IMG/VR virus record: IMGVR_UViG_3300026076_000002
Reading direction: 5' to 3' (one strand)
From: a virus
DNA length: 64,000 nucleotides
Shown here: piece after piece, positions 39,209-48,077 of the stretch
Position numbering within the stretch: position 1 is the stretch's first letter
Layout: each line of letters begins with the position of its first letter
The notes under the pieces: generated by a model
What the model saw: only the letters and a program-made list of their open reading frames with translations
Told to the model about the DNA's origin: nothing
Database searches by the model: none
Translations under genes and position numbers: made by a program

Positions 39209-39270
39209 CAACTAACATAACCTATATTATGTATGGTATACTACATAACATTAGTTATGTTAGTTTGGAT
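39203..39270. repeat. Long imperfect inverted repeat at a divergent gene junction
   Basis: AACTAACATAAC (39210-21) pairs with GTTATGTTAGTT (39254-65); inner TTATGTA/TACATAA; outer ATCCA/TGGAT. Confidence 0.85.
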
Positions 39271-39496
39271 GACCACATTGCCATCACTTAATGATTTATA
39301 CATGGGAGATACAGTAAGAACTACACAGGGTGATGTAGGAACAGTAGCATTTATAAGTGAGTCATACTTTACTATCCTCGTAACTAGAGGTCATCATAGA
39401 TCAAGAGATGTACATTTGCTTGTACATTGGGACAGTGCATATACTGTCACACATACTGTAGAAAACCTTTCTGATGATGATATTATAGTATCATAA
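39269..39496 (+). CDS. Small hypothetical SH3-like protein (start reassigned from 39233)
   Basis: GDTVRTTQGDVGTVAFI; C-terminus runs through the next promoter. Confidence 0.5.
   Translation: MTTLPSLNDLYMGDTVRTTQGDVGTVAFISESYFTILVTRGHHRSRDVHLLVHWDSAYTVTHTVENLSDDDIIVS
39431..39486 (+). promoter_or_regulatory. Phage early-promoter motif, copy 1
   Basis: GACAGT-N6-ACTGTCAC, 30 nt, TATTAT. Confidence 0.75.
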
Positions 39497-39510
39497 ACAA
39501 GGAAAGAAAC

Positions 39511-41712
39511 ATGACAGTCAACATTGAGATTAAAGGAAACCTTGCTAGACTACTAGCAACTGAGGATCTAATGGTTGAGCATAAGAATGTAGAGACTGCT
39601 TCATTTAATGTAGAGTCTCGTATTCTAACACTACCACAGTGGAAGACTGCAAGTGAGTTTGTGTATGATATGCTAGTGTCACATGAAGTAGGACATGCAC
39701 TATTCACACCATGTAGAGACTGGAATAAAGAGGATGCTTATACTCAAGTACCTATGGACTATGTAAATGTAGTTGAGGATGCAAGAATTGAGAGAATGAT
39801 GAAAGAGAAGTTTGCTGGTCTTAATAGAGACTTCTTTAATGCTTACAAGGAACTACAAGATGATAACTTCTTTGAAGTAGAATTATCTGAGTTACCAACA
39901 TATACTCTTATTGATAGAATCAACCTATACTTTAAAGTTGGTCTATACTTACCAATACCATTCAATGATGATGAGTCAGAGTTTGTAACTAGAGCATCTA
40001 AGACTGAGACTTTTGATGATGTACTTGAACTATCAAGAGATATATATGAGTATGCTAAACAGCAACAGGAAACTCAAAAGCAACAAGCAACTGCTGATCC
40101 TGAAGGTCAGGATGATGTAGAGAATACTGATGGACAATCAACTGATACATCAACTGATGCACAATCTGAAGGTAGCAGTAACAATAAGACTGAGCAAGAG
40201 GAAGGTGGAGAAGATGATGATGAAATGACTGCTGGTAAGTCAGGTGGAAATAGTATTGAGGAGTCAAGAACTCAAAGAGCATTTGATAGAAATAGTGACT
40301 CTATGATTGATAGATCAGATAGTAGAGAGACCACTTATGTTAGCATACCAGACTGCAACTTAGATAAGATAGTAATACCAGTTGATGTTGTTAAAAAGTA
40401 TCTTGATGAGCATTGGAATGATATTAGAAATGATGAGTCAACTTATGATGAAGCACACCACGAGCATAAGAGAAGATATTATGAAAACTATTGCCCATTC
40501 ATGGATGCTGAGAAACAGTATACAGAGTATAAGAGATCAGCAATGAAGGAAGTTAACTACCTTGTAAAGGAGTTTGAGATGAAGAAATCTGCTAATGCTT
40601 ATGCGAGGACTGCAACTGCTAAGACTGGAGTAATTGATACATCTAAATTGCACACTTATATGTACAATGAGGATATATTTAAGAAGATCAATGTAGTTGC
40701 TGATGGCAAGAATCATGGTCTAATATTTGTACTAGACTGGAGTGGTTCAATGTCAAACATACTACATGATAGTATGAAGCAACTATTCAACTTAGTATGG
40801 TTTTGTAAGAAAGTAAACATACCATTTGAAGTATATGCTTTCAGCAATGACGCATGGTCAATAGGTATGGATGCTGAAGATTATGATAAGAGTAAGTATG
40901 CTTACAGGTATGATGATGGACTTAAACGTCAGGATCTAGTTAACAACATTAAACTTAATGATCTTTCTATTGAAGCAGCATTTCGCATGGTGACAGTATT
41001 AGACAATACATTGAACAATAGAGATCTTGATGCACAAATGAAGAATCTATGGTTGACTTCACAATCATTTAGAAATGGTGCATACCAGCATCCACATAGA
41101 TTCCACTTATCAGGTACACCACTAAATGAAGCAATTATATCTCTTAAGAGTATAACTAAGAGATTCATTGCTGAGAATCAAGTACAGAAGTCTCACATTG
41201 TTATCTTTACTGATGGAGAAGGTTATGATGCTTCATACAATAGAAAGTCTACCTATGATGATTCAATCATGGCAACTTCAGTACCATACGATAGTGCTAT
41301 TAGAGCAAATGGTAGAACATTCCATGTACTATCTAATAGATGTGACTTCACCAATAAATTGATTGAAGCAGTAAAGTCAACACTACCAGATACATCCTTC
41401 ATTGGATTTAGGGTACTTGCTACTGGAGATACTAGATCATTTACACATTACTATGCAAGGAACTTGACTGTTGAGTACATTAAAGGTGAGATCAGAAAGA
41501 AAGGATGTGTATGTGTTAAGGATCCTAAAGGTATGGATCTAATGTTTGGTCTACCTCAAAAGAATCTTAATCTTGATACAGACTTAGATGATACAATGCC
41601 AGAAAAGGATAACATCACTAAGAGCGATATATCAAGAGCATTTAGAAAGACTTTTAAAAATAAGAAGTCTAATAAAATAGTATGTCAGACTTTCATAAGT
41701 CAAATAGCATGA
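39511..41712 (+). CDS. Metallopeptidase-like (HExxH) plus VWA domain protein, CobT-like partner of the AAA ATPase
   Basis: HEVGH, NVVEDARIE, acidic linker, MIDAS DWSGSM, GTPLNEA, TDGE. Confidence 0.88.
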   Translation: MTVNIEIKGNLARLLATEDLMVEHKNVETASFNVESRILTLPQWKTASEFVYDMLVSHEVGHALFTPCRDWNKEDAYTQVPMDYVNVVEDARIERMMKEKFAGLNRDFFNAYKELQDDNFFEVELSELPTYTLIDRINLYFKVGLYLPIPFNDDESEFVTRASKTETFDDVLELSRDIYEYAKQQQETQKQQATADPEGQDDVENTDGQSTDTSTDAQSEGSSNNKTEQEEGGEDDDEMTAGKSGGNSIEESRTQRAFDRNSDSMIDRSDSRETTYVSIPDCNLDKIVIPVDVVKKYLDEHWNDIRNDESTYDEAHHEHKRRYYENYCPFMDAEKQYTEYKRSAMKEVNYLVKEFEMKKSANAYARTATAKTGVIDTSKLHTYMYNEDIFKKINVVADGKNHGLIFVLDWSGSMSNILHDSMKQLFNLVWFCKKVNIPFEVYAFSNDAWSIGMDAEDYDKSKYAYRYDDGLKRQDLVNNIKLNDLSIEAAFRMVTVLDNTLNNRDLDAQMKNLWLTSQSFRNGAYQHPHRFHLSGTPLNEAIISLKSITKRFIAENQVQKSHIVIFTDGEGYDASYNRKSTYDDSIMATSVPYDSAIRANGRTFHVLSNRCDFTNKLIEAVKSTLPDTSFIGFRVLATGDTRSFTHYYARNLTVEYIKGEIRKKGCVCVKDPKGMDLMFGLPQKNLNLDTDLDDTMPEKDNITKSDISRAFRKTFKNKKSNKIVCQTFISQIA

Positions 41713-41846
41713 CTACTCCCAACTGGCAACATAACTCAGGTAAGGATGCTAAACGCATCCTTAAACCTAGAGCATTAAAATCTGCCAAGCAACGGTTACA
41801 GGCACTTAAGAGACAGTTGCTAAACCGACCACCAAACAACTCATAA
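41709..41846 (+). CDS. Small basic protein (45 aa, not in the ORF track)
   Basis: MTTPNWQHNSGKDAKRILKPRALKSAKQRL...; ATGA overlap. Confidence 0.6.
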   Translation: MTTPNWQHNSGKDAKRILKPRALKSAKQRLQALKRQLLNRPPNNS

Positions 41847-41867
41847 TACCATAACAGGTATTATAAT
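41812..41867 (+). promoter_or_regulatory. Phage early-promoter motif, copy 2
   Basis: GACAGTT-N4-AACCGACCAC, 29 nt, TATAAT. Confidence 0.65.
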
Positions 41868-41892
41868 AAGTACATAACAAACAAAGAGGATT

Positions 41893-43023
41893 ATGCCACG
41901 CACTATTGACTTTACACCACACTTCGATTCTATCATCAATAAGTATGGAGTCGAATTGGATGCCGATATGATTAAAGAGTACGTTGCTTTGAATCCTGAT
42001 GTATCATACCAGACTGTCACCAAGTATCTTAATGATTTTAAGATCAAGCGTGGCAAGTGGGTAATAAACAAAAATCAAAAGGAACAGCAACCAGTAGTTC
42101 AAACTATTGCTCAACCAGTACCAACAAATACTGATAGGTCACTTAAGAAGACTACCATTGATGTAGAGAATCTTGTACCTGATAAGGATAAAACATTTGT
42201 TCCTTTTGGTGGATTTAGTGACCTAAAGAAAGTAATAGCATCAAGACAGTTCTATCCTACTTTCATTACTGGTATGAGTGGTAATGGTAAGACTTTTGGA
42301 GTAGAACAGGCATGTGCCCATTTAGGTAGAGAACTTATCAGAGTCAACATCACAGTTGAGACTGATGAGGACGATTTGATCGGTGGATTTAGACTGGTCA
42401 ATGGTGAGACCGTATGGCATAATGGACCAGTTATTGAAGCACTTGAAAGAGGATGTGTATTATTACTTGATGAGATTGATTTAGCATCAAATAAAATACT
42501 ATGCTTACAATCTATTCTTGAAGGCAAAGGAGTATTCCTTAAAAAGATAGGTGAGTATGTTAAACCTACTGCTGGATTCACAGTTGTTGCTACTGCCAAC
42601 ACTAAAGGTAAAGGTAGTGATGATGGAAGGTTTATTGGCACTAATGTATTGAATGAAGCGTTCCTTGAGCGATTCCCTATTACATTTGAGCAAGCATATC
42701 CTACTCCAAAAACTGAGAACAGGATACTTAGAGCATTATGTGAACAACTCAACATACCTATGATAGGTGAGCATGAGGACTTCATTGTACATCTATGCTC
42801 ATGGGCAGAGATAGTCAGGAAGACTTTTGCTGAAGGTGGAGTTGATGAGATTATCTCAACTAGGAGACTTACTCACATTATGAAAGCATACTCCATTTTT
42901 GGAGATAAAATGAAAGCAGTTGATCTATGCTTGAATAGATTTGATGATGAGACCAAAGAGTCTTTCAGACAACTCTATACTAAGTTAGACCCTACTGTTA
43001 CTATCACTCCAGAATCGGAGTGA
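41893..43023 (+). CDS. cobS: CobS-like MoxR-family AAA+ ATPase
   Basis: Walker A GMSGNGKT, ETDEDDLIGG, Walker B LLLDEID, ATANTKG, NEAFLERF, STRRL. Confidence 0.92.
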   Translation: MPRTIDFTPHFDSIINKYGVELDADMIKEYVALNPDVSYQTVTKYLNDFKIKRGKWVINKNQKEQQPVVQTIAQPVPTNTDRSLKKTTIDVENLVPDKDKTFVPFGGFSDLKKVIASRQFYPTFITGMSGNGKTFGVEQACAHLGRELIRVNITVETDEDDLIGGFRLVNGETVWHNGPVIEALERGCVLLLDEIDLASNKILCLQSILEGKGVFLKKIGEYVKPTAGFTVVATANTKGKGSDDGRFIGTNVLNEAFLERFPITFEQAYPTPKTENRILRALCEQLNIPMIGEHEDFIVHLCSWAEIVRKTFAEGGVDEIISTRRLTHIMKAYSIFGDKMKAVDLCLNRFDDETKESFRQLYTKLDPTVTITPESE

Positions 43024-43058
43024 TATACATATAATGTACTTCATTCTCCCAGTTTACC

Positions 43059-43187
43059 ATGAACCCTTACCTACTTGCATTTGAACCGACTGAGTGGTAC
43101 AATGAGGAGTATGAGAACTGGGATGAGGATGATTATAGAGATCAAACAGATCACTATGAGGCATTATCGGTCAAATTCTATTCATAA
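43059..43187 (+). CDS. Small acidic hypothetical protein (42 aa)
   Basis: MNPYLLAFEPTEWYNEEYENWDEDDY... Confidence 0.45.
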   Translation: MNPYLLAFEPTEWYNEEYENWDEDDYRDQTDHYEALSVKFYS

Positions 43188-43208
43188 GCAATGCTTATCA
43201 TTAGATAC

Positions 43209-43237
43209 TTGACAAGCACTTCAATCCATAGTATACT
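43209..43237 (+). promoter_or_regulatory. Sigma70-type promoter
   Basis: TTGACA-17 nt-TATACT. Confidence 0.85.
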
Positions 43238-43243
43238 TTGTAT

Positions 43244-43500
43244 ATGAATCGGGGTTGAGCAACTAGGAGAGCATCACTGCCGATCCCTGAGAACTGAGTT
43301 AGTACCTAACCTTGTAGTTAGGTGAAGCACCACTTGACCAGTTCAGACATCTCGGAGTGTAAACTGTCCGTCTTATGACGTTGCTTGTAAAACACTTTCC
43401 CTTCTTTGTTATGTCCACGTATGACTCAAAACTGCTAGGGTGTACCGCCTCAAACTATTACCTACATTAGTTAGAGGCATTATTCTATATCATGCTAAAT
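43244..43500 (+). ncRNA. Putative structured non-coding RNA or long leader
   Basis: About 255 nt, higher GC, no credible ORF; stems ATCGG/CCGAT, GAACTG/CAGTTC enclosing ACCTAAC/GTTAGGT, and GCCTC-AACTA/TAGTT-GAGGC. Confidence 0.55.
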
Positions 43501-43501
43501 C

Positions 43502-43717
43502 ATGCAAATCTCTGGTTCATCCGCTATCACATCCGTATCATTTGGTGACAACAACAGCGTTGCTGTTAAGTACACTACTAACGATAAGGAGTATGGATTT
43601 ACAGCGAAAGATCAGAATGTGATTAAGGCAGGTCTTGAGACCACCATTTCAAAAGGTGAGTCTGTTGGTCGTCTTATTGCTGGTTACCGTAGAAACGGTC
43701 AACTACAAGCAGTTTGA
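43502..43717 (+). CDS. KTSC-domain-like small protein
   Basis: SSAITSVSF..VAVKY....Y.F....GESVGRLI matches the KTSC pattern. Confidence 0.6.
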   Translation: MQISGSSAITSVSFGDNNSVAVKYTTNDKEYGFTAKDQNVIKAGLETTISKGESVGRLIAGYRRNGQLQAV

Positions 43718-43759
43718 TCTTTAAATACAACTGAATACTTTTATTAATTAATTTAATAT

Positions 43760-43790
43760 AACCCCTATTGAGTAGGGGTTTTATTGTTTT
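43760..43790 (+). terminator. Rho-independent terminator
   Basis: AACCCCTA-TTGAG-TAGGGGTT followed by a T-rich tail. Confidence 0.85.
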
Positions 43791-43810
43791 TACACTAAGG
43801 AGTTTTTAAA

Positions 43811-44404
43811 ATGTCATGTGACAATCATTTGGATTATAACACAGTCTGGGAGGCAATGAACTCTTTAGATGAGGAGATAAGAAACTTTCAACAAGCGATT
43901 GAAATGTCAAACGATTTGTTGACTGAGGCAAGGGAACATGGTAATGAGTCTATCATAAAGACTGCTGAATTACTACAACGATATGTTGACTGGCAATGGC
44001 ATAGGTTAGAGTCAGTTGGTGTTACAGCATGGAATGAGACAGTTGTTAAGTTGAAAGACTCAGAAGAACCACTTGTTATCAACACAGGACTAGGTACTGA
44101 GTCAGCAACATATAATGTTGATCCAACATCATTTATTACTGATGATGATTATACATTGAACATTCCTGAAGATATGACAGTCAGTTTAAATACTGATGCT
44201 GAGATTCCAGGAATTGACATAAGTGATCTAGGTTATGCTGGTCTCACTCCTGAGAGTATATCATTAGATACTGATGATATTATAACAACTGGTATTCATA
44301 CTGACTACTTAAATGATGCAGCGTATGGACTAGGTGAGGATAAACAACAAGCAGATGAGTTATGGGATGCAGTTGGGTTTAATCCTGATGAGGAGGTCAA
44401 ATGA
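43811..44404 (+). CDS. Acidic hypothetical protein
   Basis: AAGGAG RBS; helical N-half, low-complexity acidic C-half. Confidence 0.65.
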   Translation: MSCDNHLDYNTVWEAMNSLDEEIRNFQQAIEMSNDLLTEAREHGNESIIKTAELLQRYVDWQWHRLESVGVTAWNETVVKLKDSEEPLVINTGLGTESATYNVDPTSFITDDDYTLNIPEDMTVSLNTDAEIPGIDISDLGYAGLTPESISLDTDDIITTGIHTDYLNDAAYGLGEDKQQADELWDAVGFNPDEEVK

Positions 44405-44613
44405 AACTTGAAATAGATGAAAACGATAGAGAACTATTGTTTGAATCATTATGTCATTATGATATGCACAATGAGTTAAACTCAAAAGAGAATGATTCAT
44501 TCCATTATCTCTATGGTGAACTTTCACCTTCATTCACACCTGATGAAATAAAACAGAATAAGGAAGTGGCAGCAAGGGTAAGGGCAACAGTTCCACCAGA
44601 GACATATACATAA
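44401..44613 (+). CDS. Small hypothetical protein
   Basis: GGAGG RBS; ATGA overlap. Confidence 0.65.
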   Translation: MKLEIDENDRELLFESLCHYDMHNELNSKENDSFHYLYGELSPSFTPDEIKQNKEVAARVRATVPPETYT

Positions 44614-44656
44614 TTGTCACAAGCACCCTTAACAGGGTGCTTTTTTATGTTATAAT
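44601..44656 (+). promoter_or_regulatory. Phage early-promoter motif, copy 3, fused with a terminator hairpin
   Basis: GACA..TTGTCAC, AAGCACCCT-TAAC-AGGGTGCTTTTTT, TATAAT 30 nt after the motif. Confidence 0.8.
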
Positions 44657-44662
44657 ACTATT

Positions 44663-45484
44663 ATGGAAAGACAAGATCGCTTCACTAATTTAATCAAGCA
44701 CTCATTTGGTGGACAACGTGAGGAGATATTGATGTGTCTTGAGAATGATGAAGGATACAAGTTTGATAGTGCTAAGTTTGGTGAGCGAGTAGCATTTATA
44801 ACTGAGGATACTAAAGGTGTTGCATCCAATGGTGGATGTGCATTTGATTGTAAGGATGGAACTGAAGCAAAAGCATTGTTTCTAGGTCAAACATATATGT
44901 GTCCTGTTTGTTCGTCTAAAAATAATTATTATTCGTCTAAATGTACTAGGTGTGGGTCTACTGAAAGAATTGATCCCAATGATACAAGATGGGGAATAGA
45001 CTGTGAAGCACACGTCAAATATTATGGTCAGATACCAAACTACATCTTCAGTCACATTCAACCATTAAATAGAGATCTTGATGAATTAAAATTTAGACTA
45101 AGAGTTTTTCGTGTATCTGCATCTGAACCGTATTTCACTTCGTGTTTAGAGTATCAACATAAGCATGGGTCTAAACCACATAAAAATTTCATGCCATTTG
45201 GCAGAGATTTCTATATGTCATCACCTAGTAGATTGATAGATTGTACTATTACTGTTTATCAATCAAATGTAAATGTTGAGTATGAATATTATAACCTAGA
45301 CAACAAATTAAAATGCTTAAATATTCCTATTTCAAAGTTTACCAAAAAAGAGTTAAAACAATTAACAGTCAAAAATGGAAAAGTTAGTGTTAATGAAGCA
45401 GTAAATGTCTTAGGAGTGAAGAAATCAACCCATGGTAAATTACGTGGACAACTTAACAGAAACAAAAACCATGTTCAACTTTGA
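44663..45484 (+). CDS. Putative type II restriction endonuclease, MamI-like (PD-(D/E)xK with Zn ribbon)
   Basis: GE..., FDCKDGTEAK catalytic pattern followed by CPVC..CTRC and DTRW; adjacent to a DNA methyltransferase. Confidence 0.65.
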   Translation: MERQDRFTNLIKHSFGGQREEILMCLENDEGYKFDSAKFGERVAFITEDTKGVASNGGCAFDCKDGTEAKALFLGQTYMCPVCSSKNNYYSSKCTRCGSTERIDPNDTRWGIDCEAHVKYYGQIPNYIFSHIQPLNRDLDELKFRLRVFRVSASEPYFTSCLEYQHKHGSKPHKNFMPFGRDFYMSSPSRLIDCTITVYQSNVNVEYEYYNLDNKLKCLNIPISKFTKKELKQLTVKNGKVSVNEAVNVLGVKKSTHGKLRGQLNRNKNHVQL

Positions 45485-46424
45485 ATTAACATATAAGAAC
45501 CAAGATTGTCTTGAATTCTTATCAACAATAGAAGAAGGATCTATTGACTTAGTGTTAACTGATCCACCATATTACAGGGTAGTTAATGATAGTTGGGATA
45601 ATCAATGGTTTACATCTAACGAGTATTACAGTTGGTGTAAACAATGGATTGAAGAATTAAGCAGAATATGTAAATATAGTGCTTCATTTTGGTTGTTTGG
45701 TTATCCTCAACAACTAGCACATTTACTGCCAGTAATTATAAAGAATGGGTGGACATTTAGGCAACAGATAGTAATAGATAAGGGCATAAGATCTGTTGCT
45801 GGTAGAACATCTAAGAATCTTAAAATGTATCCAACTGCGACTGAATCTATCTACTATTTTCATTATGAAAGCAGAGATATTATCAGGAGTTATTTACAAT
45901 CAGAAAGACAAAGATTAGGTCTTAATGGTAAACAATGCAACGAAATACTAGGAAAAGCAACAACTGGAGGAGGCACTTTTGCATGTATCGCAAGCGAGAA
46001 GAAACCACTTGAACATAGAACTTATCCTACTAGAATTGACTGGACTAAGTTACAATCAGTAATGAACTTACCAGACTATGATGATCTAGTTTACAAGTTT
46101 AATTTACAATCAGGTCTAACAGATGTGTGGACTGATATAAACTTTTATCATAAAGATAAGAAGATACATAGTACACAAAAACCCTTAAGTTTGATGCAAA
46201 GAATAATAGAAACTTCGTCAAATAAGGGTGATAAAGTGTTAGATATGTTTGCTGGTAGTGGTTCAACTGCGGTTGCATGTAAAGGTCTTAATAGACATTT
46301 TACAGGTTGCGAAGTTGATAAAAAGTATTATAAAGACTCACTTGAAAGAATAAACAATTCGTGTGTAGGTTATTTAACTGGCACATCCGATAGTGATAAT
46401 CCATTACTGTCTGCTATAATATAA
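45471..46424 (+). CDS. Beta-class N6-A/N4-C DNA methyltransferase (start probably 45471)
   Basis: DLVLTDPPY, HSTQKP, VLDMFAGSGST, GCEVD. Confidence 0.92.
   Translation: MFNFELTYKNQDCLEFLSTIEEGSIDLVLTDPPYYRVVNDSWDNQWFTSNEYYSWCKQWIEELSRICKYSASFWLFGYPQQLAHLLPVIIKNGWTFRQQIVIDKGIRSVAGRTSKNLKMYPTATESIYYFHYESRDIIRSYLQSERQRLGLNGKQCNEILGKATTGGGTFACIASEKKPLEHRTYPTRIDWTKLQSVMNLPDYDDLVYKFNLQSGLTDVWTDINFYHKDKKIHSTQKPLSLMQRIIETSSNKGDKVLDMFAGSGSTAVACKGLNRHFTGCEVDKKYYKDSLERINNSCVGYLTGTSDSDNPLLSAII
46376..46420 (+). promoter_or_regulatory. Phage early-promoter motif, copy 4
   Basis: AACTGGCAC, 30 nt, TATAAT. Confidence 0.7.
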
Positions 46425-46759
46425 ACATACAACGGGTTAAAACCATGGACATGCCTAGTATTATGCTAGAAACTGAACATCACATGATGGAAATTGAGTC
46501 ACAGTTGTATGTAACAATCAAACGATATTGTCAAGAAAAGAATATTACTCTTGACTATTTTATGTTTGAATTTATGAACTTTGACCCTGAATCAGGTGAT
46601 GGAAATGTTATTTAACAAGCATGAATGTGATTTAATTGTTTACTGTCTTGAGCAACAATCTATTGATTTCAATGAGATTGAAGAGCAAGATATGACATCA
46701 ATTCTTCACAAATTACGTCAACAATCCCAACCAATTACTAACAACAACCGAGGTTAATT

Positions 46760-46972
46760 ATGTCCAACGGATTATTAAACAGTTACACATTTGAAGCAAA
46801 GAAAATTGTATATTATTCTGTAACTGTTGGTGCTAATACTAAAACTGAAGCACGAAAAATTGCATCTAATTTTGAACATTGCCAACATTATGAGGAGGTT
46901 GAGTATATTGAAGGTGATGATTATAAGGTAGGTAAAATGTTAGAAACAACTGATGAAAAGTGGTTAACATGA
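46760..46972 (+). CDS. Hypothetical early protein
   Basis: GAGG RBS. Confidence 0.6.
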   Translation: MSNGLLNSYTFEAKKIVYYSVTVGANTKTEARKIASNFEHCQHYEEVEYIEGDDYKVGKMLETTDEKWLT

Positions 46973-47108
46973 GACAATTTACTGTAAGTGCCATTGTTGA
47001 AGGTTATAGAATTGATGAACAATTTACTGCTGTAAGTATTCATCATGCTATCAAATTAATGAAGGCAAAGTATTCATCTGCACGAAATGTATTCGTAAGA
47101 AACTAACA

Positions 47109-47366
47109 ATGAAACAACTAACTTCCCCACAATGGGATGAACTAATCGACCAGTATGTTCAACTACAAATTGATAGTATGGATCACAAAGATATGTACCA
47201 ATTTGTATACAATCAACTCGTACATGAGTTAGGTGAGATAGAATCAAGACAAGAATTATGTGATGATATTAAATACTCATTTGATGAAGATACATTGAAT
47301 GAGTTAATAGATAACGTCACTAATCCTACTGTATTAGATGTTAACCAGACTGGAGGTAAGTATTAA
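47109..47366 (+). CDS. Hypothetical early protein (paralogue of 51869-52132)
   Basis: Shared V.LQID.MD motif. Confidence 0.65.
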   Translation: MKQLTSPQWDELIDQYVQLQIDSMDHKDMYQFVYNQLVHELGEIESRQELCDDIKYSFDEDTLNELIDNVTNPTVLDVNQTGGKY

Positions 47367-47632
47367 TGAGTAGACCAATTATCACCAATATCTACAAACG
47401 TAGAACTGCATTTAGTGATGAATTGTTATCAATCATTGCCGACTATCCTGACCAACAAATTGTTATCATTGATGAGTTATTATCTAAATTAAATCATATT
47501 CAATTAGATGAATTAGAGGATCTAATTGTTAACAACTATGATAGCGAAGAAGATGATAATATTACAAATGATGTTGTGACAGATGATAAACTGTCTACTT
47601 TTCATTGCAAAAGAGACTTAGATAGTTTATAG
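47366..47632 (+). CDS. Hypothetical early protein
   Basis: GGAGG RBS; TAATG coupling. Confidence 0.6.
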   Translation: MSRPIITNIYKRRTAFSDELLSIIADYPDQQIVIIDELLSKLNHIQLDELEDLIVNNYDSEEDDNITNDVVTDDKLSTFHCKRDLDSL

Positions 47633-47633
47633 T
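47576..47633 (+). promoter_or_regulatory. Phage early-promoter motif, copy 5
   Basis: GTGACAG-N6-AACTGTCTAC, 29 nt, TATAGT. Confidence 0.7.
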
Positions 47634-47662
47634 ATAAGAGTCAAACAAATACTATCATTTTT

Positions 47663-47995
47663 ATGCCTGTTAGTTCTACTTCCACAGTATCAACAACTGC
47701 CAAAAAGAGAACAAGGAAAGTAACAACAACTCCAAAGAAGTCTGTTACTAAAGTAAAAAGAACTCCTCGCAAGTCTACTTCAAAAGTAACAACTAAGAAG
47801 TTAAAAAGACCAGCGAAAACAGTATTGACTTTAAATCATTATGTTCGTGACTATCAATCAAGAGTCAAGATTCATAACTATGAAGTACAACAATTCATGG
47901 AAGATTTAAAGGTTGGTTATACATTAGCAAGCAAATTGTCCTCACAGTTTGTTAATTATGCCAAGGAGTCATACAAAACACACTTCAACGTGTAA
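47663..47995 (+). CDS. Lys/Thr/Arg-rich basic early protein
   Basis: AKKRTRKVTTTPKKSVTKVKRTPRKSTSK N-terminus. Confidence 0.65.
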   Translation: MPVSSTSTVSTTAKKRTRKVTTTPKKSVTKVKRTPRKSTSKVTTKKLKRPAKTVLTLNHYVRDYQSRVKIHNYEVQQFMEDLKVGYTLASKLSSQFVNYAKESYKTHFNV

Positions 47996-48049
47996 CACTT
48001 CTCAAACTGTCACAAGCACCCTACACAGGGTGCTTTTTTAGTGTATAAT
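47991..48049 (+). promoter_or_regulatory. Phage early-promoter motif, copy 6, fused with a terminator hairpin
   Basis: AACTGTCAC, AAGCACCCT-ACAC-AGGGTGCTTTTTT, TATAAT 30 nt after the motif; near-identical to copy 3. Confidence 0.8.
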
Positions 48050-48077
48050 AATAGTATAAACAAATTAAGGTTACTAA

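Noticed and set aside
42252-42785. 177-aa minus-strand ORF
   Set aside because: Antisense to the conserved AAA core of cobS
41893-43023. Cobalamin biosynthesis auxiliary gene interpretation
   Set aside because: No cobN or other cob genes; the partner carries a peptidase-like domain, which fits a MoxR/VWA system
43244-43500. tRNA, tmRNA or group I intron
   Set aside because: No T-loop GTTCRA or CCA cloverleaf, no interrupted gene, and no recognisable intron core elements
43440-43622. 60-aa ORF overlapping the leader and the KTSC-like gene
   Set aside because: Out of frame with a better-supported ORF, non-ATG start, no recognisable protein features
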